Origin: a virus
Length of the DNA: 64,000 nucleotides
IMG/VR virus record: IMGVR_UViG_3300035698_017726
Span: 50,833-114,832 of that record
Direction: 5' to 3' (one strand)
The notes under the pieces are model-generated. The model made no database searches. It saw only the letters and a list, made by a program, of their open reading frames with translations, and had not been told where the DNA came from. Position 1 is the stretch's first letter, and each line of letters starts with the position of its first letter. Made by a program: the position numbers and the translations under genes. Shown here in pieces: positions 47,931-55,211 of this stretch.

Positions 47931-48148
47931 ACAAAGTGCAGGAGATGAAGAACCTTTTCAGGCAGGTTCTCTTTTCGCCTTCTCCTGCAGAAGGCTAGCC
48001 CAACCGCTACGCTCCCTATGATCCAATGGCAGACCAATGTCGAACATCTTGCGATGCACCTACGACATACAGAAGCTCGAAAGCGAAGAATGGGTCTTGA
48101 AGGAGTGAGCTTCTGCTCGACCACGCAGCAACGCTCCGCGACGAACTG

Positions 48149-48225
48149 TGGTGAGACGACCCGGAATCGAACCGGGGACCCACGGCTTAAAAGGCCGGTG
48201 CTACTACCAACTGAGCTATCGTCCC
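48149..48225 (-). tRNA. tRNA-Lys(TTT)
   Basis: Loop CT-TTT-AA. Confidence 0.9.
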
Positions 48226-48229
48226 TAAA

Positions 48230-48451
48230 TGGTGGAACCGCTCGGACTCGAACCGAGAACCTCTACAACCAAATTGTATCGCTCTACCTGTCGCCCCTAC
48301 TGCTTTGGGGTTTGCCAAAATTCAGTGCTCCTCTCCAGCCCCCGCCACGGTATATGTGGTTTGGGTGCGGGTTCGGTCACGATCTCCCTCATGGCCAAAG
48401 GGTAACTTATTCGTTGGTAGCAGTAGAGGACTGTGATTGAGCTACGGTCCC
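48230..48451 (-). ncRNA. tRNA-like RNA with ~145-nt structured D-loop insertion and G3.U70 acceptor
   Basis: GGGACCG-TA-GCTC-AA[insert]GGTA-GAGC...CTCGG-TTCGAGT-CCGAG-CGGTTCC-ACCA. Confidence 0.7.
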
Positions 48452-48462
48452 AAAAGTGAAAA

Positions 48463-48542
48463 TGGCGAAGCGTACGGGATTCGAACCCGTCTGAATGTCC
48501 GGCGTGACAGGCCGGTGTCCACACCTAGCAGACCCACGCTCC
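48463..48542 (-). tRNA. tRNA-Asp(GTC)
   Basis: Loop CT-GTC-AC, G73. Confidence 0.88.
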
Positions 48543-48553
48543 TGAATAAAGGG

Positions 48554-48627
48554 TACCCCCTCTCGGGATCGAACCGAGGACCTATGGATTAAGAGTCCAG
48601 CGCTCTAGCCAGCTGAGCTAAGGGGGC
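48554..48627 (-). tRNA. tRNA-Lys(CTT)
   Basis: Loop CT-CTT-AA; 3' end ACCC. Confidence 0.88.
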
Positions 48628-48694
48628 ACAAATAGGCCAAATGTTTGAAGAGCAAAGCTCTCCTTGCATCCTTCTTATGTCAGTTCTCCCTGAA

Positions 48695-48871
48695 CTATTC
48701 TTCGAGCTCCACCTCTAGTTCTCCGGGGTCGTCAGAGCTATCGTCTTTGGCGTCTAAGTCGAAGGTCTCAACCTGCTCTTCCGCCACGATCTTTGCTTCT
48801 GCCTGAGTATCGGCCTCGACGTCGAAGTTTACGCGCTGTTCTCTTCGGTACTGACATCGATATGTATGCAT
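48695..48871 (-). CDS. Small acidic hypothetical protein
   Basis: 58 aa MHTYRCQYRREQRVNFDVEADTQAEAK...; GGGAGAG RBS. Confidence 0.5.
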   Translation of the reverse strand: MHTYRCQYRREQRVNFDVEADTQAEAKIVAEEQVETFDLDAKDDSSDDPGELEVELEE

Positions 48872-48887
48872 AGTCTCTCCCTTTAAG

Positions 48888-48964
48888 TGGCGACCCCAGC
48901 AGGATTCGAACCTGCGGCCTTACGCTCCGGAGGCGTACGCTCTATCCAGTTGAGCTATGGGGCC
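48888..48964 (-). tRNA. tRNA-Arg(CCG)
   Basis: Loop CT-CCG-GA. Confidence 0.93.
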
Positions 48965-49029
48965 GGAGTGGGAGCTCGCGATGGCCTATTAAGGCACGCT
49001 CCCAACCAATCATATTCGTGTTTCAAAGA

Positions 49030-49106
49030 TGGCATGCCCGGAGGGAGTCGAACCCACGACAACTCGGTTCGTAGCCGAGTGCTCTGTCCAGCTGAGCTAC
49101 GGGCAC
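49030..49106 (-). tRNA. tRNA-Arg(ACG)
   Basis: Loop CT-ACG-AA. Confidence 0.92.
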
Positions 49107-49117
49107 ACATACTTCTC

Positions 49118-49180
49118 AAAGAAAAAGGCCCCAGGAGAAAACTCCTGGGGCCTTTTAGCGTCGTCCTAAAGGACCCCAGG
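49118..49180 (-). terminator. Attenuator B: intrinsic terminator with competing antiterminator
   Basis: Terminator AAAAGGCCCCAGGAG-TTTT-CTCCTGGGGCC-TTTTTCTTT; CCTGGGGTCCTTTAG right after the leader stop is complementary to its left arm. Confidence 0.85.
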
Positions 49181-49270
49181 TCAGCTCGGCTCGTCATTGC
49201 GCACGATACCTTCTTGCTGCCGCTTAGCTGCGGTTACATGAGGCATCGTGGTTGGTCTGACGTCGAGCAT
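49181..49270 (-). CDS. Leader peptide B (29 aa, MLDVRPTTMPHVTAAKRQQEGIVRNDEPS)
   Basis: GAGGA RBS; 26 distinct codons in 29, almost all cognate to downstream tRNAs. Confidence 0.8.
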   Translation of the reverse strand: MLDVRPTTMPHVTAAKRQQEGIVRNDEPS

Positions 49271-49300
49271 CTGCGGGGTGTTCCTCTTGGTGACTCTATG

Positions 49301-49329
49301 GTTGTATAGAATCCTGGGATTCATGTCAA
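49301..49329 (-). promoter_or_regulatory. Sigma70-like promoter of tRNA operon B
   Basis: TTGACA-17nt-TACAAC. Confidence 0.7.
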
Positions 49330-49348
49330 CCATTCTGCAAGAATTCTT

Positions 49349-49894
49349 CTAGGTGCTGATGCGAGGCCTTCGTTCGTCCTGGGTAATCTTCTCTCTACGC
49401 CTAGATGGTTGCGTGACCTCGTAGACACCAGGTGTTCGAACCAAGATGATCCTCGGCTGAGCTTCTACAGCCTCCATGAGGAGCGGCATCATCATGGCCA
49501 TAGGGAAGCCGTCGGTTTCGGTGCAGCCGAGAATAGGAAGCATGATCTTCCCGCCCAGCAGCTTGGGCATCATTCTCACCAGCTCTGTGAGCCCGAACTT
49601 GATGAGTCTAGAGGAGACGTAGCTTCTCCAAGAGAGATGGGGCTTGGCGTTATTCCTTTCCCGCGTAGGAAAGAGGATCAGCCTGCCGTCCTCCCACTCC
49701 ATCGGTACCGCATCTCCCATGAGCTGGCATTGCTGCCCGTACCATTGAGGGAGCTCTGGGAAGAGAGCAGCGGCCTGTGCTGCGATGGTCAGGCCGCCCA
49801 TGACAGCTTCTCCGCGTTTGTTCCACCCTGCATTCGTGGGAACTACGATCCAGTCTTCTGGGTACGCCATTCTCCAGATGTTGCCTTCAAGCAT
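49349..49894 (-). CDS. Macro-domain (ADP-ribose-binding)-like protein
   Basis: IVVPTN...G.AVMGG..IA.QAA..FP, ILFPT, LPILGC. Confidence 0.65.
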   Translation of the reverse strand: MLEGNIWRMAYPEDWIVVPTNAGWNKRGEAVMGGLTIAAQAAALFPELPQWYGQQCQLMGDAVPMEWEDGRLILFPTRERNNAKPHLSWRSYVSSRLIKFGLTELVRMMPKLLGGKIMLPILGCTETDGFPMAMMMPLLMEAVEAQPRIILVRTPGVYEVTQPSRRREKITQDERRPRIST

Positions 49895-49908
49895 GTGGCC
49901 TCGGAGGT

Positions 49909-50312
49909 AAAAAGGGAAGGGGTCCGGAAGCTATTGCCCATCGTCCGGACCCCAGTTTGTTTATCGCGATTTCAACGCCTCACGGCTTTCGTCTCGGTTT
50001 AAGTTGACCATGACCGCTCTTTCGCTGAGCTACCGGGCCATAATGGAGGCCCGGACGGGATTCAAACCCGTGACTGTCTTGTTTAATCCGAGCACTGTGA
50101 TTGAGGCGACACGACGAATACTCAACTTGTCAGAGTTAGCTTGAACTTCATTGCCGTCTGTCCGATGGGCCCGATGCTCTACCGTTGAGCTACCCCGGCA
50201 TAGAATGGTGCCGGGGGACGGAATTGAACTCGCCTACCTTCGGGAGTATGGTGGACAGATTTTTGTGGCGTCAGATTCAGGTTCAGTTTCAGCTTGTCTG
50301 ATACGTTGATTC
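49909..50312 (-). ncRNA. ~400-nt RNA with two circularly permuted tRNA modules, hexamer repeats and a terminator
   Basis: T arm-CCCCGGC-ACCA-ttctat-GCCGGGG-D arm; T arm-CCGGGCC-TCCA-ttat-GGCCCGG-D arm; ends in a GGGGTCCGGA/TCCGGACCCC hairpin plus T tract. Confidence 0.75.
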
Positions 50313-50313
50313 T

Positions 50314-51054
50314 CTAAGAAAGGATGAACTCGAAGAGGGGCTTACCGACAGCCTGGGCGGGGGCTGGGGAGCTGTTGGCCTCTTCTCTGGCGATGTGGAC
50401 AGCCTGGCGCAGCTTGTTGACCTTCTCCAGCATGGCCTTCTTCTTCGAGGCGCTCATGCAGCCAGAGAGGTTGGTCGTGACCCAAGTGCCTTCGATGATG
50501 TCCTCGGTGAGCTCAGTCCACTGGGCTGGGTGCTTCTCAGTGGCTTCGACGACTACGCGAGGGGTCTTCACCTTCTTGGACTTGTAGGTCTCGGTGGGCT
50601 TGCCCCGATACATCCGAGTACCGTCGTCGTACGCCCAAGGCTCCGAGGGGTCCAGCTCTGGGATGCGGGCCAGTACGCCGGCCATGTCCTTCAGCTGCTT
50701 CTCGAGGGAGAGCAGGAAAGGAACAGGGGCGTCCGCCAGGAGGATGACGCCATCCACTTCGACGCTGGCGAAAGCACCCATGTTGGCGAAGTCCCTGGTG
50801 GCTTCGGCATCCATCAGGTTGGTCCACTGAAGGACGCACTGGTCCAGTACGTCGTCGGTGCGCTTCTGCACCAGGATGTCCTTTTCCTGGTACTTGATGC
50901 CGTCTTCCTCTGCGGGCGTCCAGGCCTTGGTCTGCCCCTTGAAGAGGTCAGCCTTTGCCAGTGCCTTGTAGAGCTTGCTCAGCTCGGAGTTCGCTGCGGT
51001 CTTCACGTCCTTCGTGATGGCGATGACGTGAGAAAGTCTGCTTTTCTTGGCCAT
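50314..51054 (-). CDS. Conserved hypothetical protein (resembles the DUF7873-type family, from memory)
   Basis: VPFLLSLEKQL, EATEKHPAQ and AREEAN motifs. Confidence 0.65.
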   Translation of the reverse strand: MAKKSRLSHVIAITKDVKTAANSELSKLYKALAKADLFKGQTKAWTPAEEDGIKYQEKDILVQKRTDDVLDQCVLQWTNLMDAEATRDFANMGAFASVEVDGVILLADAPVPFLLSLEKQLKDMAGVLARIPELDPSEPWAYDDGTRMYRGKPTETYKSKKVKTPRVVVEATEKHPAQWTELTEDIIEGTWVTTNLSGCMSASKKKAMLEKVNKLRQAVHIAREEANSSPAPAQAVGKPLFEFILS

Positions 51055-51102
51055 GAAATGCTCCCTTATTTGTAGGCTAAGTACTCTACTTGTAGCCGGA
51101 AA

Positions 51103-51294
51103 TCATGGTTTTTTTACATCTTCAGGAATAGAGGCCGGAAGTTCGTCTAGCTGTTGCCGCTCATCTTCGACAGCTTTCCGCTCCTGAACTATCTGCTGCT
51201 TGAGGCTACCCTTAGCTCCATTGACCTTGTGGGGCTTGCACATAAGACAGCCTGAGCGTCTATTCTTCGGTCTACCGCGTTTATGGTGGCCCAT
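51103..51294 (-). CDS. Small basic protein (GCLMCKPHK motif)
   Basis: 63 aa with a CxxC..H pattern. Confidence 0.55.
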   Translation of the reverse strand: MGHHKRGRPKNRRSGCLMCKPHKVNGAKGSLKQQIVQERKAVEDERQQLDELPASIPEDVKKP

Positions 51295-51600
51295 TTATAT
51301 CCTGCAGAATCGAATACCGAAGTTCTTGCCTTTCTTCGTGAATGTCCATGTTCCTGTAACCAGTCCGTCCTTGAATAGATACATGACAGAGTCCAGATTA
51401 GAGAGGAACATCGTGAACTCTTTCTGGGTGAGCACGTCCTGGAAGACGGCGTAAGCCGCGCTCCGTCCTCGGTTGAACCTCAAGAATCGCAGAGTAGCGT
51501 CGAACTCGTAGATATCGATCCACTGCGAGCTGTTGTAGAGGCTCGGGTAGTGCTCTTGGTTCCCGTTCTTGTCGAAGGGTACTTTTCTGTCCCAGACCAT
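51295..51600 (-). CDS. Hypothetical protein
   Basis: RGRSAA and WTF.KKG.NFGI motifs. Confidence 0.55.
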   Translation of the reverse strand: MVWDRKVPFDKNGNQEHYPSLYNSSQWIDIYEFDATLRFLRFNRGRSAAYAVFQDVLTQKEFTMFLSNLDSVMYLFKDGLVTGTWTFTKKGKNFGIRFCRI

Positions 51601-51621
51601 TCTGGCTCCGATGGTAGTTGG

Positions 51622-51707
51622 TGGCGGAGGGAGAGGGAGTCGAACCCTCAAGGCTTGCGCTCGGCTGATTTCGAATCAACTGCAGTCACCTATCTGCTTG
51701 CCCCTCC
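51622..51707 (-). tRNA. tRNA-Ser(CGA)
   Basis: Loop TT-CGA-AA, long variable arm, G73. Confidence 0.9.
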
Positions 51708-51940
51708 ACATGCTTTCATCAGCTCTTCTATCTCCCTAAGGAACCTAGAGTCCAGAGCTGCCATAGTCTCGTCGGACATCATGTTCGTATAGGCAGCAGC
51801 GAACTTCTGGTTCTTCATGAAGTCTCTGCCGTCCAAGAGATCCTGCTTGGTGAAGACCAAGGGCTCGACGGTCCAGATAGGAAACTGCGGCCATGCTCTG
51901 ACCGACCCATCGTTCCAGGACCATCTCTCGACCATGTAGA

Positions 51941-52261
51941 TCATGGGTCCGGGATCGTGATCTGAGAGTTGTCCTTGTTACAGGGGTGGCGCAGAGCTTG
52001 GGCCATCAGAGCGATGATGTGGTCCTTAGCGAAGTCACTGACATCAGTGCTCCAGATAGGGGCGTCCATTGAGTCCTGTCCCTCTCTCATCTCTACTATA
52101 GGTCGTACCTCCCCAGTAGTTGCCCCACGTTTAGATAGGGCCAACACTACCCGGTAGATGTTGCAAAGACTGTCCCGTGGGGCGTCCAAGTCTATTTCTG
52201 CGATGACTCTGGGAAAGGTTGTGTCATCTGGTAGGGCGCAACCAATTTGTCCTGAGAACAT
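51941..52261 (-). CDS. Hypothetical protein
   Basis: 106-aa ORF, translationally coupled to neighbours. Confidence 0.45.
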   Translation of the reverse strand: MFSGQIGCALPDDTTFPRVIAEIDLDAPRDSLCNIYRVVLALSKRGATTGEVRPIVEMREGQDSMDAPIWSTDVSDFAKDHIIALMAQALRHPCNKDNSQITIPDP

Positions 52262-52545
52262 TACCAGGTCTCGTAGTCGGTGAAGTCCAACACTTTGCCG
52301 GATTGGAGATGGGTCGCGGTCTTGACGAGGCCTATCCCCGTGGGGACGAACATGAAGGCTACTCCCGCAATCCCTTTACCAGCGATGATTGATTCCTCAT
52401 CGCTGAGCTCCGCCCACCTCTTGACTCTTGCGCACTCTTCTGGCGTAAGCTCGAAGCGCACTCTCCAGGTTCCTTGGTGCGAGAAACAGGCACTTCCGTC
52501 GCTACTATCGTCTAGTTTGCTCTGTACAATTTTTTCGTCTTCCAC
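52261..52545 (-). CDS. Hypothetical protein
   Basis: AAGGAG RBS; F.PTGIG...LDFTDYE.W motif. Confidence 0.55.
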   Translation of the reverse strand: MEDEKIVQSKLDDSSDGSACFSHQGTWRVRFELTPEECARVKRWAELSDEESIIAGKGIAGVAFMFVPTGIGLVKTATHLQSGKVLDFTDYETW

Positions 52546-52558
52546 TTTCGCTCCTTGT

Positions 52559-52644
52559 TGGCGGAGAGCAGGGGAGTCGAACCCCTAAGGCTTTCGCTCG
52601 ACTGATTTCAAATCAGCTGCCGTCACCCATCGGCTTGGCTCTCC
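52559..52644 (-). tRNA. tRNA-Ser(TGA)
   Basis: Loop TT-TGA-AA, long variable arm. Confidence 0.9.
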
Positions 52645-52649
52645 AAGAT

Positions 52650-52733
52650 TGGTGCCTAGGAAGGGACTCGAACCCTCACGGCCGAAGCCACCCAGTTTTA
52701 AGCCAGGCATGTCTGCCATTCCATCACCTAGGC
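52650..52733 (-). tRNA. tRNA-Leu(TAA)
   Basis: Loop CT-TAA-AA. Confidence 0.9.
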
Positions 52734-52777
52734 AGTGTGATGTTTGTACTGTGTACCCATTATCTGGATACTGAATG

Positions 52778-52865
52778 TGGCGGAGAGTGAGGGATTCGAA
52801 CCCTCGTACCTTACGGCGCACCGCTTAGCAGGCGGGCCTCTTTGTCCTATCTCGAGCAACTCTCC
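52778..52865 (-). tRNA. tRNA-Ser(GCT)
   Basis: Loop CT-GCT-AA. Confidence 0.9.
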
Positions 52866-53167
52866 TAATTTCCGTCTTTTGGGAACTCTTCGACTACCCC
52901 TCCGATGGGGGTGCGGGTACCAAACATCTCCTCCATCTTGTCGTTGTCCACATACATCTTGGTGATGGTACCTGCGACGCCTCTTTTTCCTTCATCAAAG
53001 AGGATAACTGGTGCCTGTTCCCCGTTTCTTTTGTGCGCCTCAATCACAGCTTTGTCGTAGTAGTTCGTGCCCTTCATGCGGACAGGACCCATGTTCTTAG
53101 CCCTCTCTCCGGGGCAGACGATGTACCAGTGGTCCCCGCGTGCTTCGACGGTCCACTTCTTATCCAT
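52865..53167 (-). CDS. Hypothetical protein
   Basis: 100-aa ORF. Confidence 0.45.
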   Translation of the reverse strand: MDKKWTVEARGDHWYIVCPGERAKNMGPVRMKGTNYYDKAVIEAHKRNGEQAPVILFDEGKRGVAGTITKMYVDNDKMEEMFGTRTPIGGVVEEFPKDGN

Positions 53168-53296
53168 TGAGCTTCTCCAGCTCAGCGTCCTTGCGCATGA
53201 TGACCTCGGCTAGGTCTCTGATGGCGCTGTTGTACCTGTTCATGATTGCCGTCTCCATAGCAATTCTGTCGGCTACCCACAGCTACGGCCTATAAA

Positions 53297-53373
53297 TGGC
53301 ATGTCTGGGAGGAATTGAACCTCCAACCTTCGGATTTGGAATCCGGTGCTCTGCCTAATTGAGCTACAGACAT
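53297..53373 (-). tRNA. tRNA-Trp(CCA)
   Basis: Loop TT-CCA-AA, G73. Confidence 0.9.
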
Positions 53374-53379
53374 ACAATG

Positions 53380-53487
53380 TGGTGGAGAACAGAGGGACTC
53401 GAACTCCTCATTCACCGGCCAAGCTACCTCACAGGAAAACCTGGGTAGCTTCGCTACGTGCTCTTTCCGATTAGAAGGATGCTCCCC
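53380..53487 (-). ncRNA. Anticodon-less tRNA-like RNA with Ala-type acceptor (G3.U70)
   Basis: GGGGAGC/GTTCTCC-ACCA; TTCGAGT loop; long hairpin AAGCTACC-CAGG-TTTT-CCTG-GGTAGCTT replaces the anticodon arm. Confidence 0.65.
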
Positions 53488-53491
53488 ACAA

Positions 53492-53575
53492 TGGTGTGCA
53501 TGGAGGGACTTGAACCCTCATGTCCTAAGACACGAGGCCCTCGACCTCGCGCGTCTGCCATTCCGCCACACGCAC
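53492..53575 (-). tRNA. tRNA-Leu(GAG)
   Basis: Loop TC-GAG-GG (unusual C33), long variable arm. Confidence 0.85.
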
Positions 53576-53580
53576 ACAAA

Positions 53581-53778
53581 CTATCCAGGTACTGCGAACT
53601 TTCTTACGGTTCGCCTACCCAATTGGACCTCATCGCCAGGCTTTACGTCGGCCATGATGTCCTTCACTACCTTGCCATTGATCTTGACCCATCCCGAGGC
53701 CAACAGTCTGCGGGCCTGAGAATGGGACTGTACTACTCCGGCGTCACCCATGGCCTTGACGGCTTTGATGAACTCCAT
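53581..53778 (-). CDS. Stand-alone S4 RNA-binding domain (TyrRS C-terminal-like)
   Basis: GVVQSHSQARRLLASGWVKINGKVVKD...GDEVQLGRR; GGGAGAG RBS. Confidence 0.8.
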   Translation of the reverse strand: MEFIKAVKAMGDAGVVQSHSQARRLLASGWVKINGKVVKDIMADVKPGDEVQLGRRTVRKFAVPG

Positions 53779-53798
53779 AATCTCTCCCGTTGAAATGC

Positions 53799-53889
53799 TG
53801 CAGACCACCCACTTCGGAGTGCCCACTCGCCTATGTAGGAAGCCCGCCCCTTGCGGGACAGGGCGGGAGTTGAACCCGCATAGTCTGCA
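53799..53889 (-). ncRNA. Permuted tRNA-like RNA (YrlA/Y-RNA-like topology)
   Basis: TGCAGACT/GGTCTGCA closing stem, T arm GCGGG-TTCAACT-CCCGC, acceptor-like hairpin closed by GCAA. Confidence 0.55.
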
Positions 53890-53893
53890 TTGA

Positions 53894-53982
53894 TGGTGGC
53901 CATGGGGAGACTCGAACTCCCAAGGGGATGCATGCCCCACTGCGCCCTGAACGCAGCGCGTTTACCTTTTCGCCACATGGCC
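53894..53982 (-). tRNA. tRNA-Leu(CAG)
   Basis: Loop TT-CAG-GG. Confidence 0.9.
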
Positions 53983-53987
53983 TAAAA

Positions 53988-54071
53988 TGGTGCGCAGAGA
54001 GGGACTTGAACCCTCACACCCGAAGGCACCGGGTCCTAAACCCGGCGTGTCTGCCATTCCACCACCTGCGC
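53988..54071 (-). tRNA. tRNA-Leu(TAG)
   Basis: Loop TT-TAG-GA. Confidence 0.92.
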
Positions 54072-54187
54072 ATTTTGTCTCTTTCGCCGGCGACGATCCG
54101 GCTAAACACCGTCCCCGCCATCAAGGCTCGCAAACTCCCCGACCCGCCTGGCGTACACCCAAGGCGGCAGAAAGAGATCAGGCGATA

Positions 54188-54262
54188 TGGAGATGACGAT
54201 GGGAATTGAACCCACGCTAATGGGTTTTGCAAACCCATGCCTTACCGCTTGGCTACGTCATC
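54188..54262 (-). tRNA. tRNA-Cys(GCA)
   Basis: Loop TT-GCA-AA, U73. Confidence 0.9.
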
Positions 54263-54265
54263 CAA

Positions 54266-54341
54266 TGGTGGAGCTGGGGGGAATCGAACCCCCGACCCCC
54301 TGAATGCCATTCAGGTGCTCTCCCAACTGAGCTACAGTCCC
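54266..54341 (-). tRNA. tRNA-Ala(GGC)
   Basis: Loop AT-GGC-AT, G3.U70. Confidence 0.92.
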
Positions 54342-54430
54342 ACAATGCTAATTCAAACCTACTCAGTAACTATAGCCTGCTTTCGGTATACATCTATCTT
54401 GTGCCGTTTTGAGCAGGTCTTTTCAAGTAA

Positions 54431-54506
54431 TGGTGGTTAGGGGCGGAGTTGAACCGCCGACATAGGGATTTTCAGTCCCCCGTTCTACCAACTGAACTAC
54501 CCAACC
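54431..54506 (-). tRNA. tRNA-Phe(GAA)
   Basis: Loop CT-GAA-AA. Confidence 0.92.
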
Positions 54507-54653
54507 ACGGCGTCACCAAGGTGGCAGCAAGCCACCTATCTGCCTCACTCTTAGAGCTCTACTCAGGCCTCTTGGGGTCCGGGTAGAGACTCCTACTGGA
54601 GAGGAGATGGATATTTCTCCGCTCGAGAAGTCTATCAACATGTTTCTCCCCAA

Positions 54654-54739
54654 TGGCGGAGACGACAGGATTCGAACCTGCGGAGCTTTCACCCTCCTGC
54701 TTTCCAAGCAGGTGCCATAAGCCTCTCGACCACGTCTCC
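54654..54739 (-). tRNA. tRNA-Ser(GGA)
   Basis: Loop TT-GGA-AA, long variable arm. Confidence 0.92.
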
Positions 54740-54961
54740 TTATTGAAGGCTGAGCTGCCTGTGCCTTTCTTGCTCGTAAGCCATGAAGATCCCATCCAGT
54801 ACTGATGGGCACATCTCCAGTTGCTGCTCAGCTATCTTGAACTCGATATTCCCTGGTCCTCTGAAGTAGAGCTGGTCGGCGACCTTCTTCAGCATCCTGA
54901 CTCCCATCTGGTACTCTTCCAGAATGCTGTTCGTCCCTTCAACGGTGAGTTCAGAGGCCAT
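54740..54961 (-). CDS. Hypothetical protein
   Basis: AGGAG RBS, 73 aa. Confidence 0.5.
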   Translation of the reverse strand: MASELTVEGTNSILEEYQMGVRMLKKVADQLYFRGPGNIEFKIAEQQLEMCPSVLDGIFMAYEQERHRQLSLQ

Positions 54962-55002
54962 GGAATCTCCTAGAGCGTCCGTCCAGTCTACCGTGTAGCG
55001 GA

Positions 55003-55091
55003 TGGTGGGGGTAGAGGGAATCGAACCCACTCGGGACTTTAAGCCACCGGCTTTACAGGCCAGCCCGTCTTCCTTAGCGGTCTACACCCCC
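55003..55091 (-). tRNA. tRNA-Tyr(GTA)
   Basis: Loop CT-GTA-AA, long variable arm. Confidence 0.88.
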
Positions 55092-55099
55092 ACAGTAAA

Positions 55100-55184
55100 T
55101 GGTGCGCGAGGAGGGATTCGAACCCTCACGACTCTAGGCCACTGGAATTTGAACCCAGCGCGTCTGCCATTCCGCCACTCGCGC
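55100..55184 (-). tRNA. tRNA-Leu(CAA)
   Basis: Loop TT-CAA-AT, long variable arm. Confidence 0.9.
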
Positions 55185-55211
55185 GAAAACTACCATCGTA
55201 TTCAGAATGTC

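Noticed and set aside
48289-48436. Group I intron, or a 23S peptidyl-transferase-region mimic (CAACGAATAAGTTACCC)
   Set aside because: No recognisable P7 core, too short, wrong position; the rRNA similarity is too brief to separate from chance.
37826-48554. ACCC instead of ACCA at two tRNA 3' ends (Ile2 and Lys-CTT)
   Set aside because: Repairable by the host CCA-adding enzyme, or a sequencing error; not distinctive.
53380-53487. Selenocysteine tRNA or full tmRNA
   Set aside because: No UCA anticodon; too short for a tag ORF and pseudoknots.
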